Source: Amphiscolops sp. MND2022
Taxonomy: Eukaryota
NCBI GenBank assembly: GCA_964187785.1
Contig: OZ076413.1
Coordinates: 50,656,001-50,720,000 of the forward strand
Length of the DNA: 64,000 nucleotides
Reading direction: 5' to 3'
The notes under the pieces are model-generated. The model saw nothing but the letters and a program-made list of their open reading frames with translations, ran no database searches and was not told the origin of the DNA. The translations under genes were made by a program, and so were the position numbers. Shown here one piece after another: positions 40,801 to 52,769 of the stretch. Position 1 is the first letter of the stretch. Each line of letters begins with the position of its first letter.

Positions 40801-43800
40801 GCTCCCATTCACCCCAGCACGCTATATCTGAACTTTTGACGTTATATCCGAAGTAAATTGCGTTCTACCATGGAGTATGCGGGGGTTGCGCAATATCGTA
40901 AATATTGCTCTATATCCAAATTTTCAAAACCCGCGAACTGAAACATTTCTACAAGCATTTTTAGTCGGCGCTTCATGAAGTGAAACTCGACTATTATAGT
41001 GACTCTTTTTTTTCAATCCACACGAACTGACCAAAATAGTTCTACAAAAGTTCTACAAAACTTTATAGTCCCAAATTGAATCATTTGGCCTAGCAAACTG
41101 AACCAAAAAATATTTTCGTCTTTTTCCGCGTATCATACCATACCGGGAAAGACTAAAGAGTCCCCCCGGGCACCTGGCGCGCCAGTTCCATCGTTTGGAT
41201 TTTTCGTTAATTTGATACATTGAGCTTTGTGACACTCTCATGGCCTTTTGCTATTTTTGAGCCTTAGATATTGCGCCGACTTATGCCGTTCCCGGCTTGT
41301 TATTAGTTAACTTAGTACCATTTAACTACCATTTAGCTCAGTGGTTAACTCAGATTTCCAGGCCTGGAGACAGAATCTGAGAAGCAGAAGAACGATGGTT
41401 CAAGTCTCGCACAAAACCATTTTTTTAAATGTTTGCAAAAGTAGAGGAGAGACCAACGTGTCCCCCTTTGGGATTTTTTCGAAATTGCGATTTGTTCCAG
41501 CAGTTTTTTTTCAACTGAAGTGCCACCTTTTGAGCTTTAGCAGCAACAAAGCGTTTCGCGATAAGAGATGTCCACCTTGGGTTTTTGGGCACAATGCGAC
41601 TCATTGAAGGATCATTAAAAAATTTTGTGGTTGACCTCTGATTATTTTTTTGATCCTGTGGAACTGATGAGAGCTTACTCAACAATTGTGGAAAAGACCT
41701 ACGGTGTTTTTTTGCACTGTGCGACTTATCGATTTTTTTGTCAAAGTGTACCCCCTTCCCTTTCTTAGATGTTTTCGGCTTGAAAAAGCGTTTTGCCAGC
41801 TTAAAGTTCCCTTTTTGGCACGATGAGACTTTTTTGCGGAGAAATATTTCTAAAAAATTGTTTCTAATTGGGGGAGAAGTAGTTTTCGAGTCTTATGCGT
41901 ATTCCTTCGAATATTTTTTGGCACTGTGAAACACTTTAAGCGGGCGGCTGACTTCGGCCGGCTTGTTTCTTGTTAAACTAAAAAAGTGGATTTATTCTAC
42001 ACCACAAAACAGCTTCCCCAAAAAACACTATAAAACCTAATACAACTATCATAATGATCAAAAATCACTGGGAATAAAAGTGAAATACCAGGAAAAACTT
42101 GAAATTACTAAAAGAATGATAGAGAAGCTCTACTTTTGAAAAAGGCCCAAAAGCATTGCTCAAGATTATCTAAAACTACTACTCAGTGAAGTCTCGAATC
42201 AACAAAAATTAAATGAACAAACCAGGAACGACATGAGCCGTCTCTTTTAAGGCTCAAAATGCGTACCACACCTCAACCAGTTTGGGAGCTGTTGGAATAT
42301 TTCTAAAAATCTCACAAGGTCAAGAAAACTGGAAGCGAGTCAAAAACCAAATGGCGACTTTTTGTGAAACGAAACGGTTTTCAACGAAAAATGTTGCACA
42401 GTGCCGCGAAAACCCACAGACAGGCTTGTAGTCTAGATAAAATGTCAAAATAAGAAACTGACGACCATTTTTCCCCTCTTCAAATCTTGCTCAATCTAGT
42501 CAAATCTTGCTCAATCTAGTCAAACTCACCAAAAACGTTCTTCAAATAAGTCTAAATCTAAAGAGGACCAAAAAGATTCAAAATTTCCTCCATTTCATGT
42601 TTTTTCAGTGTTATTTCAATTAGAAAGCTTTATGCGTTTTTTTGGCACTCGGGGTCTTTCGTTTTAATTTTTCTCTTTTCGCCTAAATTTCTAAAATCTT
42701 TCCCAGCACACAGAAAAATTTTCAGCCCAAATGAAAAATTCTTTTTCCCTTCAAAATTTTCGGCAGTGTGAAATTTAGATAGTGTTATTAATTAGACGAA
42801 CTTTGTTGTTCCCGGCTTGTTTTATACTGATGCAGCAGCTGAGCGTTTTACATGACCGCAGATAACATTACAAGCCGGCAATAGAAGGCAATGACCGTTT
42901 GCGAAGACTCATCCCTTGTCAACAAGAACATTTTGCCATAATTTCTACTTTGGTTTCATGAACTATAATATAATCATGGACTATAATATTCACTATAATA
43001 TTCATGGACTATATAATCATGGCTACTGGCAAAAGTTTCATTTATTCGAATTGGAACTATGTTTTGGTTTAACTGCATTGTGTTTCACGCAAGTTAGTGG
43101 ACTGCAACAATTTGTGGCGGATTCGAGATCTATCGGACGCTTCCTACGCAACTAACATTTACAAGCCCACAGAACACCAGGTTTATTTGCTCATCTGAGA
43201 TCCCACGTTTATCTGTAGTCAAGTTTGTTGCTGTTATTAATGAAAATTTTATAATTTTGTTTTTTTTTTGCCAACAATAAATACTTCTCACTTCTTCGAA
43301 ATGCATGAATGAAGGCTTTTGAATGAAAATTTTTGAAAAACTGAAGATCTTTTGCACGATAAGAGTTAAAAAGCAATCTTTGATATTTAAAAAGGTACAA
43401 ACGTTATGGCAAAACAAAGATATCAACCGTCCTTATGTAATGTGATTCATTTTTTCCAGATCCATAGAGGCGTGTTCAAAGCCCATTTGGAGCCGTCTGA
43501 ACTTGTGAAAGAATTGACTGCCAAGAATTTTGAGTCGCAATTGAAGATAGTACCGGTTGAGTTGGGAGGGAATGCTGTGTTACCCTGTCGCATGGACGCC
43601 AACTTGGTGGGAACTGTCTACAAATCAGACCCCGTCCTCTTTTACTTCTTCACTCCACAAAGTGAGAAACGCGTAAAAGAATATTAGAGTTGATGGATAT
43701 AAATGAAAAATTTCTGAGTTTTAAGAATGACTTTTTTGGTCAAAAGTGACTTCTGGAACTAATTAGAGGGTTCTTAATAATTGTGGAAGCGATTTTTTTG

Positions 43801-46800
43801 GTTCTGTGAAACTTTTTACCGAGTCACACATTTGTGTTTTTACGGCACTGTGAGACTTTTTTCGAAAAAAAAATGTTTCAGAAAATAACAAATGCGGGTA
43901 TGTGTAATTTTTGCAGTTAAGAAAAGCGTTTTTTTTTCAACCTGAAACATTTGGAAACATTCTGATATAGCATTATACAAAAAAATCGCAGTGCCACTGT
44001 TACTTGATGCTGTCCAACGACCCTGCCAACCAACACTGATAAAAATCGTCAAAAGTTAGCAAAACAGCAGCATTTCAGAGCTTTCAAGATTTATAAAAGA
44101 CTCCTGAAATCTTGATAGAAAAGCTTGGCAACCTGGAGAAATTTGTGAGAATAGAAACAAATCTCACAATTATACACAAATTTTGATTGAAGCAGTGTCA
44201 AATAAGGCCCAAGTCGTCGCCATATCTAAGGCTTAAAAATTGCAAAAGGACTTCAAATTGTCAGTATTGGTGACCTGGGGTCCCTTTGGTGAAAAAAAAT
44301 TTGAAAAAAGTCTTACAACGTCAAAAAAAACTAAAAGGGGGACGGAACCTTTGGGATTTTTCAACACCCATTCTGTTGCAAAACTCCAAAAAAATTGAAG
44401 GGGGACGCTTTGGGGCATTTTTTTCGAAAAAAGTCCCACAATGCCAAAAAACTCAAAGGGGACCCATTAGTCTCGCCCAGTATTGTATGTTACGCGGAAA
44501 AAAAGGAAAAACCTTTTTGGTTCAGTTCCCTGGGAAAACAGGTACAATTAAAAATTTTGTCGAACTTTTGGTAGAACTATTTTGGTCACTTCAGTTGTAT
44601 CAAAAAAACACTGACGAAAAGCGATGACTATAGTCTACTAGTAGTCTACTAGTGAAATAAATTGAAACGTTTTTAGTCGGCGCTTGTTTCAAGAAAACAG
44701 CTGTTTTCTTGAAACAAGCGCCGACTAAAAACGTTTCAATTTATTTCACTGAAAAATTAGGAGAATATCCTGTACAACAACAAACAACTCAAAAAACCAA
44801 CTAATCATCCATCTTTTCTAATTACTAAGTTTATCTCTTTTGATTTTTCCCAAAGCAGTTTACATGTCAACGGATCTCCAAGAATCTCGATCATAAAACC
44901 GTTAATGGAAGGAGTTTGCATATGTCCAACAGCCAAAAACATCATAACGTAACATACTTTGAAAAACGTAAGAAGTATAAAAACCCAAGGCAGTAAAAAC
45001 CTTTCGATACGACATTTTTTTTGAAGATCAGCAAATTTTCAGGAATTACATGGATAAAGCTTCCAAGAATCATGAAAAATTGTCTGGTACTGACTGGAGA
45101 TGCGTACTGACTGCAGTGTTCTTTTCTTCTTTTCGACTGAAGAAAAATGTCTGAGAAAACATGCTTTTGAGATCCTGCCTCATCCGTACAAATTAAGTGT
45201 GTAGCATGCAACGTTGCATGCTAGATACTTAGTTTGTACGGATGAGGCAGGATCTCAAAAGCATGTTTTCCCAGACATTTTTCTTCAGTCGAAAAAAGGA
45301 AAGAACAGTTTTATATCGGAGGATTCCTCATAGATTTCCAGTGAATAGAAATTATCGGCATTATTCGGCATCTACAAAGCATATATGTTGTTGCACAAAG
45401 AAAGTCAAGAGAAATGTAATTTCAATTTTCAAAATTCAATTCATGACATCAGAGATGTTTACAAACAATGGCGTTCTCTGCAGTTCTACGGAAAGTCAAT
45501 GACACTACTAGTTGTTTGTAACACTACTGGATCATTGGCAATTTCACTGGGTTTTGTCAGTTGATGTCAAAAACGGTATGCCCCTCTCAAATTAGGAAAC
45601 GTCTTGAAACCCTAGGTTTATGTACCTTGGCTAGCTATTCTGCTTCGATTGTCGTACACAATTCTAAAAGCCTTTGACCTCCTCACAAAACAAATATGCA
45701 CCAAGAAGTGTTTCAACTGATTGATAATTCTGGTTTCAAAGGAACACGAGTCACAAGATTCGTGGAGTCTCCCAAATATGAGCTAGAAGCTAACACTTTG
45801 GAAATCAAACGGGTACAAAGGGAAGATGCAGGTCTCTATTATTGTGTACTGCAGCAAAGACATTCAGTTAGTTCTTTCTAATTGGGAACCTATTTTCGCA
45901 GCAATTTTCTGTTAGGGTTGAAAACATTCAATACGTTTTCTCATTGTTTTGCATTGTTCAAAAAACTGCTCCAAGTTTTAACGCTGGCATATAGTATATA
46001 TCTATAGTATAAATAGTACATAATGCAATACCGATAACTTCGTCAGAAAAATTATTACTTGAATTGCCTATCAGAAATAACCCAGATCCAAGTTCCTGTG
46101 ACTCCACCCATTGTCAAAAATGATGATGTTCTGTTTTTATTGGGCTATTTTTGGAAAAAAAAGAATCTGTACAACCAGTGGGCCCGATGATCTCTTTATC
46201 TTGTGCATAAAATAAGTGGGCTCATTGTCACACCAATAAACATGGGAGCCGTGTTCAAATGTCCATTCACTTGGCCAAAAACCTAGCTTATTAGCTGCTC
46301 TACGGAAATCACACTTCTAGAGGCAATATTTTCTAGAGTTTGCATTCTGTGGGTTCTGCAATGTTCAATCAATCAGTTCTTCGCGCCAATCAAAACACGT
46401 TCTCAAAACTCAAATTGAACTTCTCTGAAGAGAGCTAGAGAACAAGTTTCCGCCAATATTAATTTAGTCGATAATGATCATTATCGCCTAAACTAATATT
46501 GGCGGAAACTTGTTCTCTAGCTCTCTTTAAATGTCAAAAAGTGTCAAAACAACCTGCGATTCCTTGCATGCAACTGTGACGTAACTCATACAGTTTTACT
46601 CAGTGAAGTTCAGTTAGAATGTGAAATTTCCTACGAATACCACTAGTGTTTTTAGTCGGCGCTTTTCCTTTAAGGGAAAAATGCCCGACTATAGCAGTGA
46701 CTGTTTTTAGTCGGCGCTTTTCCATTAAGGGAAAAATGCCCGACTATAGCAGTGACTGTTTTTAGTCGGCGCATTTTCCTTTAAGGAAAAAAGCCCGACT

Positions 46801-49800
46801 ATTACAGTGGCTAGTTTTTTTTTCTTTTTTTTTCATCAGACCACAGAGCTCATCGCGTATGTACCACTTTTTACAGAAACTGATAAGTTCACTCAGGCCA
46901 AGTTCGACCAATGCAAACTTACTGCAAAGGGTCCCCCTTTCGTTTTTTACCTTTTTTACGTAACCTACAAAACCAGAAGACTCCAAAGGGTCCCCCCTTT
47001 CAATTTTTTTTCGGCACTGTGCGAATTTTTTTTCGAAAATTTTTAATGTCTCAAAAGAGTCCCCCTTTCGAGTTTTTTGATATTTTGCAAAAGAATACAT
47101 GTTAATAAAGCCCCTTTACATTTTTTGGCACTATGCGACATTTTCTGAAAAAAACCCAAAAATTTCAAGTTTTTCTCAAAAAAAACGTCTTTTACGCTTT
47201 TTGAGCCTTAGATATAGCGCCGACTTTAGACGTTCCCGTCTTGTTTTTCTTTTTTTCGTCAGACCACAGACCTCATCGCGTATGTACCACTTTTTACAGA
47301 CTTCACTCTCGCTCACATGTACTCCTCAGTACTCGGTTTACGGTGAACCCAGCGGTCACGGGTTCGAGTCCTTGCATTAGCCAGAAACTTTTTCGACCAA
47401 TTTCTTTCGGCACTGTGCGACTCTTTCAATTTTTTTTCGGCACTGTGCGACTTTTTCTTCGAAATTTTTTTTGCCGCCAAAGGGTCCCCCCTTCAAGTTT
47501 TTTGATATTTTGCAACAAACTGAATTTTCAAAAAGCCCAAAGGGTCCCCCTTTTCAGTTTTTCGGCACGATGAGACTGTTTCAAAAATCTCATTTTTCGT
47601 TTTTTTTTCGAAAATTTTTCCAAAATATTTTTTATATTTTTTAAATGTCTCCAAAGGGTCCCCCCTCAACTTTTTTGATATTTTGCAACAGACTGGATTT
47701 TCAAAAAGTCGAAAGGGTCCCCCCTTTACCAAATTTAAAAAATTGCGCTTTTTTGAGCCTTAGATATAGCGCCAACTTTAGACGTTCCCGTCTTGTTTTT
47801 CTTCAGACTACAATCCTCACACTGATCGGTCCACTTTTTAAAAACGATCCTGAAACCACCTGAGGCGCCCAGTCCGGCAAAGGGGCCAAGGCAAATTTAG
47901 TGCAAAGGGTCCCCCCTTTCATTTTTTACTTTTTCAAGGTAACCTACAAAACAGGACGGGACTCAAGAGTCCCCTCTTTCGATTTTTTTTCGGCACTGTG
48001 CGACTTTTTTTTCGAAATTTTTTTTGTCTCCAAAGGGTCCCCCCTTTCATTTTTTTTTACTTTTTTAACGTAACCTACAAAACCGGCCGAGACTAAAGGG
48101 TCCCCCCTTTTGATTTTTTCTGCACTGTGCGACTTTTCGGAAAATTTTTAATGTCCCAAAGGGTCCCCCTTTGAGTTTGTTGTTATTTTGCAACAGAATG
48201 CATGTTTATAAATCAAAAAGGGTCCCCCCTTTTACATTTTTCGGCACTGTGCGACATTTTCTGAAAGAGAAAAATTTTCCAAAAAAGTTTTGCGCTTTTT
48301 GAGCCTTAGATATAGCGCCGACTTTAGACGTTCTCGTCTTGTTTGTTATTGGGATCCAGAATTTTAAAAATATGGATTTTTTATATCCATGACGAAAAGC
48401 TCGAGTTGCACTTGTGGAGCAAATGCAAAGAAAACCACTGAAAATATTTCGGAAAGTACATAATTTTGAAAAGTACGCAATGACAAACTGGATTGACGCT
48501 CCATGGCAATTCACCGATGGTGGTTAACCATGGAACCCCAATGGTTACCAGTGAATACAAATTTGCTTCTTTCAATACCGTTCCCACTTGTGGCCATCGG
48601 GTGGTCCGTATGTGGTGGCTATCGATATAGAAACTTGAAAATTTTTTGTTGAGATTTCTAAGCTGCTGGTTTCAGGTAAATTGTAGAGCGCCTAAATTGT
48701 TAGATCCTATTTGGAGGTCCTTCAAGGACCCAGGGTAGCTTGAATGTGTTGGAAATTGTGTAATGTTGCCATACGGCGAACCATATCTTTCTGTTTTTAT
48801 TTCAGGTAACTTATGGGACGTCTTTTCAAGTTCGAATCAAGACGTGCCGAGATGTAGGGTGCAATGGAACAGAAATTTGTGCAGAGGTTTTAATTCTCAT
48901 GTGCCTGTTTTTCACTTTTTGCCTTTAATGGCTTCGTAAGACAAGAATTTTTATCTGTATCATTTCAAAGCTGAATGATGAGAATATCAGAAGCAGTTCT
49001 TGAAACGACAGCAAAAATCAAAATCGTCATACTAATCATGGTATATTACACCACTGCCATTTAATGAGACCTTTCGAGTGGATTTGAAAACGATGTTCGC
49101 AATGAAACTGCGATAAGTTCTGGCGAGACCGTGTAATATTTATTATTGAGAGAGAATTGAAGGAATCTCGTTTATTGAGACTTTTATAGAATTTTTTACA
49201 TTAAACTGTATGTTCCGTGCAATTCGGTTCAATGCCATGAGGTATGGGTCCAAATATGACATGGATCTCATATCATTCACACATAGAAATTATGCTAACT
49301 TAGTCATCAGCTGCAATAATTTTTGAAAGATTTGAGCCTTAAGTGTCTCGTTGGAAGGGTATACCCATCGAAAGAAATTTAGTCATTCTCTATACATTCT
49401 TTTGATGTAATGGTTTCTCTTTAGCTGCGCAAGCCTGTGGGTTCCGACTATCACTGTGTTCCTGGGGCCTATTTCCAGTCCTCAACTGTTGTCCTTGGTA
49501 CAATTTCCCCTTATTGGACCAGAATTCTTTTCTGGGTGTTGCTGTTGATTTTATTTTTAGTCAACATTCTTGTAGTCCTTTTATATTTCAAGGTTGCCTG
49601 CCAAGTAAGTGATTTCAGCTTTTCATAAGTTCAAACAGATTATGAAAACATCGGGTGTTAACCTTTTGTCTTGTTTCTTGATCAACCCAAGGGTTTTTAT
49701 CAGAAAAGGATCGAACCTTTGAGCTATTTAACCCTTTGAGTTAGTGGTTTCTTAAAACTCAATAGTAAACATCACTTTTCCGTAATTCTCAGATCATTTG

Positions 49801-49902
49801 ATGTGTCATCTTTTATATAAAAATTTTTAGAAGGAAAACAAGGAGCCAACTAGAAAGAGACAGTTTGAAATATCAGAAACAGCTGAAGATGTGGAAATGT
49901 GA
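37875..49902 (+). CDS. Divergent immunoglobulin-superfamily type I membrane protein (at least 2 Ig-like domains, FOLN/EGF-like Cys motif, TM, short tail), 5'-partial, spliced
   Basis: Phase-consistent GT-AG exons: 37875-38000, 40188-40273, 40305-40459, 43460-43661, 45742-45866, 48806-48886, 49425-49604, 49831-49902 (TGA). Membrane-proximal V-like Ig: VELGGNAVLPCR...NTLEIKRVQREDAGLYYC...YGTSFQVRI. Upstream degenerate Ig: TSLPCRL...LLW...DAIILSDVVKGTGWRGC. Then TCRDVGCNGTEICAE..YHCVP and TM ILFWVLLLILFLVNILVVLLYF. Confidence 0.75.
38104..38518. mobile_element. Mutator (MULE)-type MITE
   Basis: TIRs GGTGACT..CATAGCTCCG / CGGAGCTATG..AGTCACC, 9-bp TSD AGCACGCTA on both sides, subterminal ATAGCTCCGAA repeats. 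Confidence 0.85.
44651..44750. repeat. Perfect 100-bp palindrome
   Basis: 44651-44700 is the exact reverse complement of 44701-44750. Confidence 0.95.
45130..45295. repeat. 166-bp spacer-less palindrome (4 mismatches)
   Basis: Centre GCATGCAAC|GTTGCATGC at 45212/45213, 83-bp arms. Confidence 0.92.
46428..46527. repeat. 100-bp spacer-less palindrome (2 mismatches)
   Basis: Centre TGA|TCA at 46477/46478, 50-bp arms. Confidence 0.92.
46650..48343 (+). mobile_element. Cluster of Helentron/DINE-like elements in an Ig-gene intron
   Basis: Three tandem 5'-terminal hairpin units (46650-46810) and three 3' termini (about 47245, 47797, 48343). Confidence 0.7.
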
Positions 49903-51394
49903 ACGAACATCTATCATTCTATGATGTCATCGCAGAAACTTTCGGGCTGCTCACCACAGAAACATGCGAACCGTTCTGTTTGTCAGAACATTGCCAAAAT
50001 ATTAAGCTTCGTATAAAATTCTATGATGATATCAAAAACAAGAATTGAATTTGAAGTAACTGGCTCATTTGGATGACAGCTTGCCGAACAAATTGACAAA
50101 ATTACATGCATTTTTTATGCAGCCTTAAAAGATGCACCCCCATAAGATCTCTGCCCGACTATATGAAAGGCTGTACCTACGAAATTGGAAAGTAGAACAA
50201 GAATGTTTAATACAGCAGTTATGTCCCCAAAGTAAGCGACAGGTATAAATTTTCAAAATTTTTGCACGTGTTTGAACAGGGTTTTTCTAGATCGGAGAAT
50301 CCTTTTTTGTAGAGCAATGAGGACTCAGTGAAAATTGCTTCTTTTAAGCATCCAAGGAATAAATTTGGGTTCTAGGACTTTACGCATAAATGCATTACGC
50401 CCGAAGCGGGCATTATGACAAAAACGGGCACTACGCACCAATATTTTCAGGTAATGTCATTGAGCGTCATGTCCAGACATCTGAATTTTGACATTGTTAT
50501 TTTCCGCCCACATAAATGGGGGAGGAAAATCATGACATGTGTTGCGTTTTTCCAAATTCTCCCAAATCTCCATTTTATACTTGCTCCATTTACTTACTCA
50601 CATGTAGTTACTTACTCACATGTAGTTACTTACTCCCAATTCTCCCAGCACGTTATATGCGAACTTTTGACGTTATATCCGAAGTAAATGGTGTTTACTA
50701 AGAAGGAGTAAGCAGAGGTTCGAAATTATTGAGTTATATCCGAATTTTTGACGTTATATCCGAACTAATTGCGTTTTACCAAGGAGGAGTTAAATTTTTG
50801 GATCAAGCGTCTATAGTTACCCATATGAAGGCGGAAAATATCCCAATTCATAGCGGGTGTCTTATTTCAGATTACAGAGTATTTTTACCGGATGATCTGT
50901 CGAAAAGTGGTGTCATAAAGGTTTTCACTACTTTAAATGACTATGTTTGTTATTCTATTACGTGTGCAAACCTAAACTTTTGCGTTGTTGTATCGTTATT
51001 TAAACTAGCGAGAACGTTTGCATTCGGGAAAAATGACTGTGGGTGCGACCTTCAAATAATATGAGGTCTATCTTCTTCCAAGACGCCGTTCGCTTTTCTC
51101 AGAGCCTAGAACTTGCGTTGGACCCGAGGAGATTGTGCTGCCTGTTTACTATTTGCATCTAGACTCTTTATGCAGATAACAGTGAATTCAATAAACTGTG
51201 AGGGCCTTAACGCAGTAGTATTACAAGTAAACTAAAACACTTGATGCAAATGTAGAACTCAGTCAACAGCAAAACGCAGGAGAATAGTATTTTCTGAAGT
51301 ATTAAATATCACCTATTTGAAAGTGTGATTCATATATTAGTGTAATTCATTCATTTGGATACAGTAAATGAATACTATTACAAAATTGCAAGTA

Positions 51395-51744
51395 CAGTAT
51401 TTGTCTTTCAAGTGTAGTATAACAGCAATCGTTCATAACTCTCGTTAATCCAGGCTCAAATTTAATTGAATACACGAGTTCGCTCTAGAAAATACACAAA
51501 CAAGCGTAAAATAAAGACATTCAAAAGCAAATATGCCACCGCAGACGGCCTTCCAAGATAGAGTGGTCTATTCGCAGCACATAAAAGAGGTGAAGATGCT
51601 AGTACCTTTGCTTGCTGATGGGGATATGTAACTCTAGATTGGCGCTATGTTATTATTGAATGTCTATTTTTGAAATTTATTCTTTCACCTTTTTGGTTGG
51701 TTAATTAGGAATGGCGTTATGCTACACTTGAAAGACAAACACTG
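51395..51744. mobile_element. Tc1/mariner-type 350-bp MITE, copy 1
   Basis: TIR CAGT(A/G)TTTGTCTTTCAAGTGTAG, TA on both sides. Confidence 0.8.
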
Positions 51745-51799
51745 TATTATTCGCGCGAGCTAATACGTTATACGGTATGATTCATAGTATCATAAAATT

Positions 51800-52149
51800 C
51801 AGTGTTTGTCTTTCAAGTGTAGCATAACGCCATTCTTAATTAACTAACCAATAAGGTGAAAGAATGAATTTCAAAAATAGACATTCAATAATATTATAGC
51901 GCCAATCTCGAGTTACATATCCCCATCAGCAAGCAAAAGGACTAGCATCTTCACCTCTTTTATGTGCTGCGAATAGGCCACTCTATCTTGGAAGGCCGTC
52001 TGCGGTGGCATATTTGCTTTTGAATGTCTTTATTTTACGCTTGTTTGTGTATTTTCTAGAGCGAACTCTTGTATCCAATTAAATTTGAGCCTGGATTAAC
52101 GAGAGTTATGAACGATTGCTGTTATGCTACACTTGAAAGACAAATACTG
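51800..52149. mobile_element. Tc1/mariner-type 350-bp MITE, copy 2, inverted relative to copy 1
   Basis: Near-identical reverse complement of 51395-51744 with the same TIRs. TA is present only on the right side. Confidence 0.8.
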
Positions 52150-52536
52150 TAATACAATGAGGCCTGCAATGTGACGTAAAAAACAACACAGGTGTATTAC
52201 CGGCCAATCAGAAGGGAGAATAATAGTGTCATGCAGGATTCTACTTATATTTATGATGCTCTGCTCAGGTTGAGGAAACATACTGGCCATGCTATGATCA
52301 TAGTATGATCATACTACGATCATTGTCATTTCATGATCTTGATCTTGCCAAGATCTTAACATGGCGACCATGTTTCATAGTATGATCATACTATGACCAT
52401 CATGTTTCATATCATGAACATAGTATGAAAACCATGTTTCAAGAAAAAAAATGTAGTAAGAATGTCGGACATGGCAGCTACCTGTGCACATAGTTCACAG
52501 AAATTGCTTGCCGAAGTCCTTATGCTGTATTTTTAG

Positions 52537-52614
52537 GGAGTCTCTCAGCTCGTGAGATACATAGTATCACACTTGACGAGACCCACGACGAGAACGTGGC
52601 CTCCTTTGGGTCAC
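52537..52614 (-). ncRNA. HDV-like ribozyme fold, second (more degenerate) copy
   Basis: Minus strand: P1 GTGACCC/GGGTCTC (6 of 7 pairs), J1/2 AAA, P2 GGAGGCC/AGACTCC (5 of 7), P3 ACG/CGT, L3 TTCTCGT, GTC, P4 GTGTGATAC-TAT-GTATCTCAC, J4/2 G-C(52548)-T-G-A. Confidence 0.55.
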
Positions 52615-52769
52615 AAAACTGGAAAAGTATCAAACTAAAACTGCTTGAAATCAATGAAAACAATTCAGATCAGTATTTGGATACACTAGAATCAATGAAT
52701 TATATAACAAGACCATAATAACTAGTTTTTGGGTTAAACAATTACTGGAGATATCCGCAATAACGATGA

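Noticed and set aside
41655..41700. CTGATGA-GAG-CTTA-CTC hammerhead-like start
   Set aside because: The GAAA core is absent and there is no stem I or III.
44859..44950. Possible extra Ig-gene exon after an AG at 44858
   Set aside because: The required phase-1 frame hits a stop, and 43661 joins 45742 cleanly without it.
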